A DNA stretch of 64,000 bases, taken from Candidatus Omnitrophota bacterium. Its GTDB lineage: Bacteria; Omnitrophota; Gorgyraeia; JABMRG01. The notes under the pieces were generated by a model. The model was not told where the DNA came from. It ran no database searches and saw only the letters and a list, made by a program, of their open reading frames with translations. The stretch is taken from positions 966-64,965 of the forward strand of contig JBAZLY010000003.1 of assembly GCA_041650035.1 (NCBI GenBank), read 5' to 3'. Positions 45,329 through 56,913 of the stretch are shown piece after piece. How positions within the stretch are numbered: the first letter of the stretch is position 1; each line of letters begins with the position of its first letter. Both the position numbers and the translations under genes were made by a program.

Positions 45329-46259
45329 TACCGCCTCCATTGTGCTCTGCCCGGTCGGGTTCTGCTTCAACCTCTGTTACTGTAGTAGCATTAACCCCCT
45401 GGCAAGTGTTTTGAGTTTTCTTGTTGTCTCCCTCATGCTCATCTGTTGATTCAATGTGGATTTCATGATTTATTTCTTGCTTCTTATTATCGTTAAAGTG
45501 GTTATAATCAAGTAATTCTGTGGCTAACTGTTGATAAGCCATAGCGCCATTGGAGTTTTTATCATACAGAATAACAGGTTTACCGTGGCCTGGGGCCTCA
45601 CTTAAGCGCACGGAACGAGGTATGACTGTCTGGTAAATCTTATCCGTAAAAAATTTTTTGGCTTCATTAATTACCTCATTAGTTAAATTAGTCCTATAAT
45701 CCGCCATAGTCAGTACAACACCCTCTATCGTGAGGCCTTGATTTAGATGGTCATGGACAAGCTTGATCGTCTGCAGCAATTGGGTTAGTCCTTCCATAGC
45801 ATAAAACTCACACTGTAAAGGGATTAGTATGGTGTTTGCCGCTGTTAAAGCATTGATTGTAAGCAAACCGAGGCTTGGGGGGCAATCTATAAGGATAAAA
45901 TCGTAGTCCTGGCTGATGGGGGTCAAACCGTTTTTCAATCTTTGTTCGCGATTAAAGGCATTGACTAATTCAATCTGTGCGCCTGTAAGCTGAGTATTAG
46001 ACGGTGCTACAAACAGGTTATCGATTCCGGCATCACGAATGATATCGCGCAACGGGTGTGACTCGATAAGCACATGATAAATACTTTGTATTATAGTCTT
46101 CTTATCAATACCAAGGCCGCTTGTCGCGTTTGCTTGAGGATCGAGATCAATTAATAGTGTTCTGGCGCCCGAAAGGGCTAATGAGGCGGATAAATTGATG
46201 GAGGTGGTTGTCTTGCCGACGCCGCCCTTTTGATTACATACTGCGATTACCTTCCCCAC
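45321..46259 (-). CDS. parA: chromosome partitioning ATPase ParA/Soj with a ~60-aa acidic C-terminal tail
   Basis: Deviant Walker A VCNQKGGVGKTTT. Start taken at GTG 46259 (GGAG, 5 nt, GTG). The tail NHFNDNKKQEINHEIHIESTDEHEGDNKK...AEHNGGGNG is not part of canonical ParA. Confidence 0.9.
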   Translation of the reverse strand: MGKVIAVCNQKGGVGKTTTSINLSASLALSGARTLLIDLDPQANATSGLGIDKKTIIQSIYHVLIESHPLRDIIRDAGIDNLFVAPSNTQLTGAQIELVNAFNREQRLKNGLTPISQDYDFILIDCPPSLGLLTINALTAANTILIPLQCEFYAMEGLTQLLQTIKLVHDHLNQGLTIEGVVLTMADYRTNLTNEVINEAKKFFTDKIYQTVIPRSVRLSEAPGHGKPVILYDKNSNGAMAYQQLATELLDYNHFNDNKKQEINHEIHIESTDEHEGDNKKTQNTCQGVNATTVTEVEAEPDRAEHNGGGNG

Positions 46260-46270
46260 AGGCACTCCTA

Positions 46271-46286
46271 TGTTTCACGTGGAACA
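46271..46286. promoter_or_regulatory. parS: parS centromere site
   Basis: TGTTTCACGTGGAACA, whose reverse complement is TGTTCCACGTGAAACA. This is an exact match to the canonical 16-bp parS palindrome as I recall it. It lies between the parA promoter and the parA RBS. Confidence 0.85.
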
Positions 46287-46323
46287 TAAACCACTCCCAC
46301 GATATTCCCGTTCCATAGTTAAA

Positions 46324-46352
46324 ATTATAGGCCAATTTTTTAAACAAGTCAA
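46324..46352 (-). promoter_or_regulatory. consensus sigma70 promoter (TTGACT-17-TATAAT) for parAB
   Basis: Minus strand reads gtTTGACTtgtttaaaaaattggccTATAATttt. Confidence 0.65.
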
Positions 46353-46367
46353 ACAAAATCATATAAA

Positions 46368-47975
46368 TTATAACGATTGCGCGCGGGAAAATGCGGGTAA
46401 TTTTAAAACCACTTCTTGCAACAAAAGCATAAATACCGTATTAGTGAACCAATAAAGAACAAGCCCTGATGGCATATTGTAAAATATCATCCCAAACATC
46501 ACCGGCATTATTAATGCCATAATGCGCTGTTGTTCGGATAGTTGTTTCCCTCCACCCTGGGATAGTTTTTGCTGAAATACCATCGCAATTGCCATCAAAA
46601 TAGGCAATATATTGACAGATGCCCCAATAACAGGCAAACCCCTCATCGCGGGGGGTAGCTGAAAAGCCGCATCCGGCTCAGCCAAATCCCGTATCCACAA
46701 AAATGCAGAGCCTTTAAGCTCAACGCTTCTTAAAAGAACTTGGTACAAAGAAAAGAAAATAGGGATCTGCAAAAACATGGGCAGACAGCCACCAAGAGGA
46801 TTAATTTTATGCCTTTTATATAATTCCATGATTTCTTTGTTCATCTTTTGGGGATTATCGCTAAACTGTTTACGTATTAATTCAGTCTCGGGTTGGATTT
46901 TTTGCATTTCCTTCATTGATTGCAGACTTTTACGTGTAAGCGGGAACATAATAATGCTGATAAGCAAAGACAATAGGATAATTGCGACTCCATAATTATG
47001 GGTTAAATTATACATGATCTTTAGGCCATCAAAAAGAATCTTTCCTATCCCATGGAAAAAACCGTAATTAATAACAGCATGCGCTGTCGGGTCAAACAAA
47101 AGCATTTTATTGATGTCATTAGGCCCGGCATAAACAGCAAAACGCTGTTCAACAATGTTGTTGGGCATAAGCACAATCGGGTTAGATATTACAGAGGTTA
47201 GCAGATCGTTCCTGGTTTCGCTCTCTACCAGCACAGACTGGACAGGCTGTCCCGGTTTCATAATAAACGAAAAATATCGCCCGCGCGTTGTCAACCATGC
47301 AGGGTTACCATAAACTAACTCGCCGCCTTTTAATGTTTTACCTGATATCCCGCGTCTTACAACCTTATTGGCAAGACATATGTCTGTTCCTATATAACGA
47401 CTATCCACATGGCCACTTTGGGCAGACAGGCTGCCGTTATAAATCTGGTATTGCAAAGTCGCGGTGTTGTTGGTTCTGTTGTTAAAAATCAACACAACAT
47501 CCAACTGATTCGTATGTTGTGATAAACTAATTATTTTAGTGATGCTAATACCGTCCAAAAAAGCCTTAAATACAACATGTTGGCTGTCTTCGCGCTCAAT
47601 ATGCCAGGATAATCCTGCCCTGGCGGGCAAAAACGAGATACTAAAAAGACTTGGTAGTTTCGCGCCCTGCCGAATCAGGAATTGTGGCAAGCCATTCTTA
47701 TCGGAGTAATCGGACAGGCTTAACCCGTTAACCCTTGCACCGTCATCGGTCAGATAAACGCACACCCGTTCATTAACTAATTCTTTCGCGATGAACGTTC
47801 TATTGGAATCTATCTCCGGCACAGTTTGAACCGTTGTTGGCGAAACAGTCTTTTGGACTGAAGGCGGGGGAGGGCCTGCACTTTGCGGGTTATATTGTTT
47901 CATATATACTTGATATGCAATAATAATCAACACCGAGAGGCTGACCGCTGCCATTAATCGTTTTTCACTATTCAT
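46368..47975 (-). CDS. yidC: membrane protein insertase YidC
   Basis: 535 aa with N-terminal TM, a periplasmic domain, and the conserved core HKINPLGGCLPMFLQIPIFFSLY. Confidence 0.92.
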   Translation of the reverse strand: MNSEKRLMAAVSLSVLIIIAYQVYMKQYNPQSAGPPPPSVQKTVSPTTVQTVPEIDSNRTFIAKELVNERVCVYLTDDGARVNGLSLSDYSDKNGLPQFLIRQGAKLPSLFSISFLPARAGLSWHIEREDSQHVVFKAFLDGISITKIISLSQHTNQLDVVLIFNNRTNNTATLQYQIYNGSLSAQSGHVDSRYIGTDICLANKVVRRGISGKTLKGGELVYGNPAWLTTRGRYFSFIMKPGQPVQSVLVESETRNDLLTSVISNPIVLMPNNIVEQRFAVYAGPNDINKMLLFDPTAHAVINYGFFHGIGKILFDGLKIMYNLTHNYGVAIILLSLLISIIMFPLTRKSLQSMKEMQKIQPETELIRKQFSDNPQKMNKEIMELYKRHKINPLGGCLPMFLQIPIFFSLYQVLLRSVELKGSAFLWIRDLAEPDAAFQLPPAMRGLPVIGASVNILPILMAIAMVFQQKLSQGGGKQLSEQQRIMALIMPVMFGMIFYNMPSGLVLYWFTNTVFMLLLQEVVLKLPAFSRAQSL

Positions 47976-48021
47976 TTTAAGTCCTTTAAATTACGGATGT
48001 TAAGATATTGTCTGCGGGCAT

Positions 48022-48252
48022 TCAAGGCAGATCTATACCGCCTTTTGAGAACGGGTTACAACGCAAGACTCTCCACAAGCCAAGGCAAGCACCCATGAAA
48101 AAACCGTGTTTTTTTAGGGCTAAAATTGTATAATCGGAACAGCAAGGGAAAAATTTGCAACGCGGATGTCCCCTGTACACGCTAAAAACCGTTTGATAAA
48201 AACGTATTATAGCCTGCGCGCAAAAACACAAAATATAATTTAACAAGGCCAT
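48022..48252 (-). CDS. yidD: membrane protein insertion efficiency factor YidD
   Basis: IIRFYQTVFS...CKFFPCCSDYTILALKKHGFFMGACLGLWRVLRCNPFSKGGIDLP. Start taken at MALLNY (48252). Confidence 0.85.
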   Translation of the reverse strand: MALLNYILCFCAQAIIRFYQTVFSVYRGHPRCKFFPCCSDYTILALKKHGFFMGACLGLWRVLRCNPFSKGGIDLP

Positions 48253-48620
48253 CGTTTTAAAAGGGAAGAGAGATCCTCCCTTAATGAGATTGATTCCCGG
48301 CTTTTGCATCTCCCCGCTCGCACCACAACCACAATATCCAATGCCTCGCAAGGTGTCGACGCGCGCATACAACTAACCGCCGCGTGGCGTAAGATACGCT
48401 TGATCCTGTTACGCACCACAGCACTTGGGCTGACATTTTTGCCGACTACAACACCTAATCGTGTCTGGCCAAGACTATTCAAAGCGATATACACCTTGAG
48501 CAAACGGCCGTCGTGTTTTACGCCTGTCGCGTAAACATGTTTATAGTCTCCGGACTGGGTGAGCCGCTTAACCGCGCCATCATCAACAGCGCGGGATCTG
48601 GCAGGCGGGCCTTGCTTCAT
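48240..48620 (-). CDS. rnpA: ribonuclease P protein component
   Basis: [13 protein letters not shown]...[25 protein letters not shown]. The real start is ATG 48620, which overlaps the rpmH stop (ATGA). The first ~50 aa of the 177-aa ORF-track entry read through rpmH in another frame. Confidence 0.8.
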   Translation of the reverse strand: MKQGPPARSRAVDDGAVKRLTQSGDYKHVYATGVKHDGRLLKVYIALNSLGQTRLGVVVGKNVSPSAVVRNRIKRILRHAAVSCMRASTPCEALDIVVVVRAGRCKSRESISLREDLSSLLKRWPC

Positions 48621-48754
48621 ACGGTCAGGTTTTTTCTTCCTTTTCGCCTGCGGTTTTTCAACACTTTTCTGCCGCTGGCTGTGCTCATACGCTTCTTGAA
48701 ACCATGCCTGCGCTTGCGTTTTAGGTTTGATTTGAGTGTAAGATGTTTTTTCAT
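48617..48754 (-). CDS. rpmH: 50S ribosomal protein L34 (absent from ORF track, 45 aa)
   Basis: My translation: [45 protein letters not shown]. Compare the L34 consensus [22 protein letters not shown]...GRKVL..RR.KGRK.LTV. Confidence 0.92.
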   Translation of the reverse strand: MKKHLTLKSNLKRKRRHGFKKRMSTASGRKVLKNRRRKGRKNLTV

Positions 48755-48763
48755 AATAGCACA

Positions 48764-48791
48764 AGTATATCACAACCCACGCTCAAGTCAA
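48764..48791 (-). promoter_or_regulatory. sigma70-type promoter (TTGACT-16-TATACT) 9 nt upstream of the rpmH ATG
   Basis: Minus strand reads accTTGACTtgagcgtgggttgtgaTATACTtgtgctattATG. Confidence 0.6.
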
Positions 48792-48807
48792 GGTAAAAAC
48801 TTTTTAC

Positions 48808-48835
48808 TTGCAAACAGGCATTATTCTGTTATAAT
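48808..48835 (+). promoter_or_regulatory. sigma70-type promoter (TTGCAA-16-TATAAT) for dnaA
   Basis: tacTTGCAAacaggcattattctgtTATAATgaacc. It is divergent from the rpmH promoter, with the -35 boxes 16 bp apart. Confidence 0.6.
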
Positions 48836-48911
48836 GAACCCATAATTTTTCGAAATCAATATATATTATCATTGATAAATTTAAGCCCTGCTTTAGCAAT
48901 AAAAACCGGGT

Positions 48912-48920
48912 TGTGGAAAA
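48912..48920. promoter_or_regulatory. DnaA-box-like 9-mer abutting the dnaA ATG
   Basis: TGTGGAAAA (reverse complement TTTTCCACA). One mismatch to TTATCCACA. Confidence 0.4.
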
Positions 48921-50293
48921 TGTCTCAAATACTTGACGGCTCATGGGATAATGTTTTGCGCTGCGTTCGCAAGCAGATAAGCCCACAAAGCTACGAAACA
49001 TGGTTTGCCCCGACAAAACAAGTATCCTGCGGGCCTGATTTCATTGCTGTGGAGGTGCCTAACACCTTTTTTAAAGACTGGCTGGTTGAACATTATTCCA
49101 GTCATATAAACGACGCCCTAAAAACCCTTGACAAAACGCATATCAACATCACGTATCAAACCCAGGCCACCCAGACCAACGTTGAGCGGCCTGCGGCCTC
49201 GGAGCAGGATAAGCGCGGCGGGTTCCGTCTATTCCAAAATCCTTTTGACCGCGGCACGGCGCAAAGGGATTTTAGCTTCAACCCCCGCTATACGTTTGGC
49301 GGTTTTGTTATAGGGGGTTGTAACAGGTTTGCGCACGCGGCAGCATTCGCCGTTGCCGAATCTCCTGCAAAATCCTATAACCCTTTATTTATATATGGCG
49401 GGGTTGGGCTCGGTAAAACACATTTAATGCAGGCTATAGGCCAGCACACTTTATTAAAACATCCAAAACTAAAGATTGCCTATATGTCCAGTGAAAAATT
49501 TACCAATCAGCTTATTAGCGCCATACAAAACAGGACTACTCAACAGTTTAAAGATAGATACAGATATCTTGACATCTTAATGGTTGATGATATTCAATTC
49601 TTGTCAGGTAAAGAATCAACTCAGGAAGAGTTTTTTCACACATTCAACGCGCTGTACGATTCCCACAAACAGATCATCCTGTCGAGCGACCGGCCACCCA
49701 AGGAAATCCCATCTTTAGAGAACAGGCTTGTTTCCCGCTTTGAATGGGGTCTAGTAACAGATATTCAACCTCCTGATATAGAAACAAGAGTGGCTATTTT
49801 GAGAAAAAAATTAGAGTGCTCCAGCGCACGGGTTCCGGATGATGTGTTATCTTATATAGCCACGAACATAAAAAGTAATATCCGTGAGTTGGAGGGGGCC
49901 TTAATCCGGGTAATAGCTTACGCGTCATTGGTCGGGTGTGAGATATCTGTGGATTCCGTAAAGGAGGTGTTGCAGGAATCGGATAATAAAAAGATTTTGG
50001 AGATTTCTATTGATAAAATACAGCGGGTTGTGGCAGAATACTTCACTATAGGCGCCAGTTCCATGCGCGCTAAAAAAAGAACTAGGCAATTAGCCTTCCC
50101 GCGCCAGATCGCTATGTATTTAGCGCGCGAACTTACAAAAACACCACTAACAGAGATAGGTGGGTTTTTTGGAGGAAGGGATCACACAACAATATTGCAT
50201 GCCTGTAATAAGATTGAAAAAGAAATGGAGATAAACACACATTTTAAACAGATGGTAGAAAATCTTGCAACACAAATAAAATCAACGGATTAA
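48920..50293 (+). CDS. dnaA: chromosomal replication initiator DnaA
   Basis: Start taken at MSQILDGSWDNVL (48920). AAA+ blocks GGVGLGKTHLMQAIG and VDDIQFLSGKESTQEEFFHTFN. Domain IV RQIAMYLARELT. Confidence 0.95.
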   Translation: MSQILDGSWDNVLRCVRKQISPQSYETWFAPTKQVSCGPDFIAVEVPNTFFKDWLVEHYSSHINDALKTLDKTHINITYQTQATQTNVERPAASEQDKRGGFRLFQNPFDRGTAQRDFSFNPRYTFGGFVIGGCNRFAHAAAFAVAESPAKSYNPLFIYGGVGLGKTHLMQAIGQHTLLKHPKLKIAYMSSEKFTNQLISAIQNRTTQQFKDRYRYLDILMVDDIQFLSGKESTQEEFFHTFNALYDSHKQIILSSDRPPKEIPSLENRLVSRFEWGLVTDIQPPDIETRVAILRKKLECSSARVPDDVLSYIATNIKSNIRELEGALIRVIAYASLVGCEISVDSVKEVLQESDNKKILEISIDKIQRVVAEYFTIGASSMRAKKRTRQLAFPRQIAMYLARELTKTPLTEIGGFFGGRDHTTILHACNKIEKEMEINTHFKQMVENLATQIKSTD

Positions 50294-50371
50294 AAAAATA
50301 TACACTTATAAACAGGGCTTACTATATTTACTATATAATTTAATTAAATAAATAATAGTAATAACAGGCGG

Positions 50372-50380
50372 TGTGGATAT
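50372..50380. promoter_or_regulatory. DnaA-box-like 9-mer overlapping the dnaN start
   Basis: TGTGGATAT (reverse complement ATATCCACA). One mismatch to TTATCCACA. It is preceded by about 75 bp of very AT-rich DNA. Confidence 0.4.
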
Positions 50381-51473
50381 GAGGATAACTATTCAAAAAC
50401 AATTGCTATTAGAATCACTACAAGCAGTTATGGGGGCTGTTGCTGCGAAAAACACACTGCCTATACTATCAAACATCCTGTTTGAAGCCGACAACAACAC
50501 TATAAGCATTACAGCAACAGACCTGGATATAGGTATTACACATACACAAGAGGCTAATATCACCGAGCAAGGGTCTACAACTATACCCGCTAAAAGATTT
50601 CAGGATATTATAAAAGAATTTCCTAATGAAGAAATACAAATAACAACAAAAAAGAATAACACTGTGTCAATTACCGCAAAACACGCAGCGTATAAGATTT
50701 TAACGACACCGAAAGAGGAATTCCCTAATATACCGACAAAACAAAACGCCCAAACGATTACAATAGAACAAAAAATATTAAAACAGATGCTGGTATATAC
50801 GGTGTTCGCGATGAGTAAAGAAGAGACAAGATATGTTCTTAATGGTGTTTGTGTAGAGATAGAGCCGAACAGTATACAAATAATCGCTACCGACGGCAGG
50901 CGTTTGGCGATAATCAAAAAACCACACAAATCCGAGATTAAAGAGAACAAGACCATTATTATACCGTCTAAAACCGTGCAGGAGGTGTTTAAAACCCTGA
51001 AAGACGAGGGTGTTGTTGATATGAAGTTGACACCTAATCAGGCCGTGTTTCGTGTTGGCAATACAAACATCGTATCCAGACTAATAGAAGGGGAATATCC
51101 GAACTATAAACAGGCGATCCCAAAAAAATCAGACAATACCCTTGTCGCCGACAAATCACTGCTTATACCGTCCATAAAAAGAGCGAGCCTGTTAACAACG
51201 GCCGAATCCCAGGCTATAAAATTACACCTTACGAAAAACAGGCTTGTGATTAGCAAGACAACGCCGGAGGTAGGTGAGGCCACGGAGGATATTGAGGTAT
51301 TATATTCAGGCATTGAGATGCAGATAGGTTTTAACCCGGCGTACTTGCTGGATGTGTTAAAAAATATCGAAGAAGAGAGGGTGGAGATTGAGTTTACCGG
51401 TCCTGAAAAACCCGCGGTGTTAAGAATAAGAGATGAATATGTGTATATCGTTTTGCCTATGCAGATAGCGTAA
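50379..51473 (+). CDS. dnaN: DNA polymerase III beta sliding clamp
   Basis: About 364 aa, MRITIQKQLLLESLQAVMGAV...LPILSNILFEA...ATDGRRLA. Start taken at ATG 50379. Confidence 0.95.
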   Translation: MRITIQKQLLLESLQAVMGAVAAKNTLPILSNILFEADNNTISITATDLDIGITHTQEANITEQGSTTIPAKRFQDIIKEFPNEEIQITTKKNNTVSITAKHAAYKILTTPKEEFPNIPTKQNAQTITIEQKILKQMLVYTVFAMSKEETRYVLNGVCVEIEPNSIQIIATDGRRLAIIKKPHKSEIKENKTIIIPSKTVQEVFKTLKDEGVVDMKLTPNQAVFRVGNTNIVSRLIEGEYPNYKQAIPKKSDNTLVADKSLLIPSIKRASLLTTAESQAIKLHLTKNRLVISKTTPEVGEATEDIEVLYSGIEMQIGFNPAYLLDVLKNIEEERVEIEFTGPEKPAVLRIRDEYVYIVLPMQIA

Positions 51474-51479
51474 ATTAAC

Positions 51480-54309
<2,830 letters not shown>

Positions 54310-54364
54310 CCACGGCACCGCCAACATGCCGGCTAAATATGCGTATTAACTTAAGGATATTAGA

Positions 54365-56800
54365 ATGTACACACAGGGTGAAAAGATAGCCAAGCGTTAT
54401 GTAGAGGATGAAATAAAGGATTCTTATATTAATTACGCTATGAGTGTGATTGTCGGCCGCGCTTTGCCCGACGCAAGGGACGGCTTAAAGCCTGTTCAGC
54501 GCAGGATTCTTTATGCTATGCACGGATTAAATCTGCAAAAGTCCAAACCGTACAAAAAGAGCGCGCGTATAGTCGGTGACTGTCTGGGCAGATATCATCC
54601 GCACGGCGATGCCTCCGTATATGACGCGCTGGTGCGTATGGTGCAGGATTTCTCTCTGCGTTATCCGCTTGTAGACGGCCAGGGCAACTGGGGTTCTGTT
54701 GATGGCGATCCTGCCGCGGCTATGAGATATACCGAGGCACGTATGGCGGCTATTACCGATGAACTGCTGGCCGACATCGACAAGGAAACGGTGAATTTTA
54801 CTCCCAATTTTGACGAGTCGCTTACCGAGCCGGTTATACTGCCCTCGGCCTTGCCGACATTATTGGTTAATGGCTGCAGCGGTATCGCTGTTGGCATGGC
54901 AACAAATATGCCGCCCCATAATCTTACAGAAACGACGAACGCCCTGATGAAGGTGATCGATGACCCGCAGGTCGATTTAAGCGGGCTCATGAAGATCGTA
55001 AGGGGCCCTGATTTCCCGACGGGTGCTACCATTTGCGGTAAGACGGGGATAAGAAACGCCTACGAGACAGGCCGCGGTATTATTAAGTTGCACGCCCGGG
55101 CGCAGATAGAGGAGCAAAAATCAGGAAAAAGCGCTATTATTGTGACTGAATTGCCGTATCAGGTAAATAAGACAAACCTGATAGAATCTATCGCCAGGCT
55201 CGTATCCGATAAACGGATAGAAGGGATATCGGATATACGTGACGAATCGGACAAGGATGGTATCAGGATCGTGATAGAATTAAAGCGCGATTACCCCGCC
55301 CAGGTGATCCTGAACCAGTTGTATAAACACACACAACTTGCATCGACATTCGGGATTATTATGCTTGCCCTGGTGAACAACCAGCCGAGGGTGTTGAACC
55401 TGCGCCAGATGCTTGACCTGTATATCGAACACCGCAAGGATATTATCAGAAGAAGGACTGACTTTTTACTGCGCAGGGCCCAGGAAAGGGCCCATATACT
55501 CGAGGGGCTGAAGATTGCGCTTGATCATATAGACAAGATTATTAAAGCTATACGGTCGGCCAAGGACACACACGCCGCCAAGCACGCCCTTGTGGACAAT
55601 TTTGAATTAAGCCCCAGGCAAGCGCAGGCCATACTTGAGATGCAATTACAGCGCCTGACTGCCCTCGAGCGCAGCAAGATAGAAGCGGAGTATGTGGAGT
55701 TATTGAAAAAGATACAGGAATATGAAGCAATCCTGGCCAGCGATACCCGCATACTTTCTATTATAAAGACTGAATTGCTGGAGATGCAGAAGAAATATGG
55801 CGATGATAGGCGCACCGATATCGTTGCGGAGATAGAGGACCTGAAAATAGAGGACCTAATAGCTGAAGAAGATGTAGTTATAACGATAAGCCATGGCGGG
55901 TACATTAAACGCCTTCCCGTCAGCGCTTATAGGCGCCAGAAGCGCGGGGGTAAAGGTGTTGTAGGCGCGGAATTGAAAGAAGAAGACTTTGCCGAACACC
56001 TGTTTATCGCTACTACGCATGAACACATACTTTTTTTCAGCAATATTGGCAAGGCCTATATGTTAAAGGTGCATGAGATCCCGCAGGCGGGCAGGGCATC
56101 CAAGGGCAAGGCGATAGTCAATGTCTTGCAGCTTGCCCCGGGCGAATCTGTCAGTGCCTTTGTCCGGGTGAAAGACTTTAGCAGGGGTGGTTATATCTTT
56201 ATGGCCACAGAGCGTGGTGTTGTTAAAAAAACCGAACTTTCGGCATACGCCAATACCCGTAAGGGCGGCATAATAGGTATTACCATTGAAAAAGGAGACC
56301 ACCTGATAGAGGCGGCCTGTACAGAAGATAAGGATGATATAATTTTGGCTACCAAAGAAGGCAAATCTATCAGGTTTAAAACCAGTTCTATTAGGAATAT
56401 GGGCCGTTCTGCCCAGGGTGTGCGCGGCATATCGCTTGGGGGAAAGGACATTGTTATCGGGATGGCGGTGGCATGCCCAGGGGCTGCCCTTTTGACAATT
56501 TCAGAGAAAGGCTTTGGTAAGAGAACGCCCCTTGAGGAATATAGGTTACAATCACGCGGCGGGAAAGGTATTATTAATATCAAAACAACAGATAAGACCG
56601 GTCTTGCCGTTGTTGTGCGCGCGGTATCTGATAGGGATGAGGTTATGCTGATTACCGAAAGCGGGACGATTGTCAGGACCCCTGTGCAGGGTATAAGATT
56701 GAGCGGGCGCTCGACGCAAGGGGTGTGTGTCATATCCCTTAAGGATAGCAAGGATAAGGTTTCGGCCGTGGCGTCTGTGGCCGCGGAAGCTGCCGAATAG
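54365..56800 (+). CDS. gyrA: DNA gyrase subunit A
   Basis: 811 aa with [21 protein letters not shown], catalytic-Tyr region [10 protein letters not shown], and GyrA box QKRGGKG. Confidence 0.95.
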   Translation: MYTQGEKIAKRYVEDEIKDSYINYAMSVIVGRALPDARDGLKPVQRRILYAMHGLNLQKSKPYKKSARIVGDCLGRYHPHGDASVYDALVRMVQDFSLRYPLVDGQGNWGSVDGDPAAAMRYTEARMAAITDELLADIDKETVNFTPNFDESLTEPVILPSALPTLLVNGCSGIAVGMATNMPPHNLTETTNALMKVIDDPQVDLSGLMKIVRGPDFPTGATICGKTGIRNAYETGRGIIKLHARAQIEEQKSGKSAIIVTELPYQVNKTNLIESIARLVSDKRIEGISDIRDESDKDGIRIVIELKRDYPAQVILNQLYKHTQLASTFGIIMLALVNNQPRVLNLRQMLDLYIEHRKDIIRRRTDFLLRRAQERAHILEGLKIALDHIDKIIKAIRSAKDTHAAKHALVDNFELSPRQAQAILEMQLQRLTALERSKIEAEYVELLKKIQEYEAILASDTRILSIIKTELLEMQKKYGDDRRTDIVAEIEDLKIEDLIAEEDVVITISHGGYIKRLPVSAYRRQKRGGKGVVGAELKEEDFAEHLFIATTHEHILFFSNIGKAYMLKVHEIPQAGRASKGKAIVNVLQLAPGESVSAFVRVKDFSRGGYIFMATERGVVKKTELSAYANTRKGGIIGITIEKGDHLIEAACTEDKDDIILATKEGKSIRFKTSSIRNMGRSAQGVRGISLGGKDIVIGMAVACPGAALLTISEKGFGKRTPLEEYRLQSRGGKGIINIKTTDKTGLAVVVRAVSDRDEVMLITESGTIVRTPVQGIRLSGRSTQGVCVISLKDSKDKVSAVASVAAEAAE

Positions 56801-56815
56801 TTTCAAGATATGCGT

Positions 56816-56890
56816 GGCCCTATCGTCTAGCGGTTAGGACAACGGCTTTTCGAGCCGTTTACGCGGGTTCGAGTCCCGCTGGGGTCACCA
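56816..56890 (+). tRNA. tRNA-Glu (anticodon UUC)
   Basis: 75 nt. Acceptor GGCCCUA/UGGGGUC with two G-U pairs, D region UCGUCUAGCGGUUAGGAC, anticodon stem-loop ACGGC-UUUUCGA-GCCGU, T-arm CGCGG-GUUCGAGU-CCCGC, encoded CCA. Confidence 0.88.
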
Positions 56891-56913
56891 TATATTTTTA
56901 TCCGGGAGAAGGA

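Noticed and set aside
56191-56751. 186-aa minus-strand ORF.
   Set aside because: It is antisense to the gyrA C-terminal beta-pinwheel region. It would be the only minus-strand gene right of the origin.
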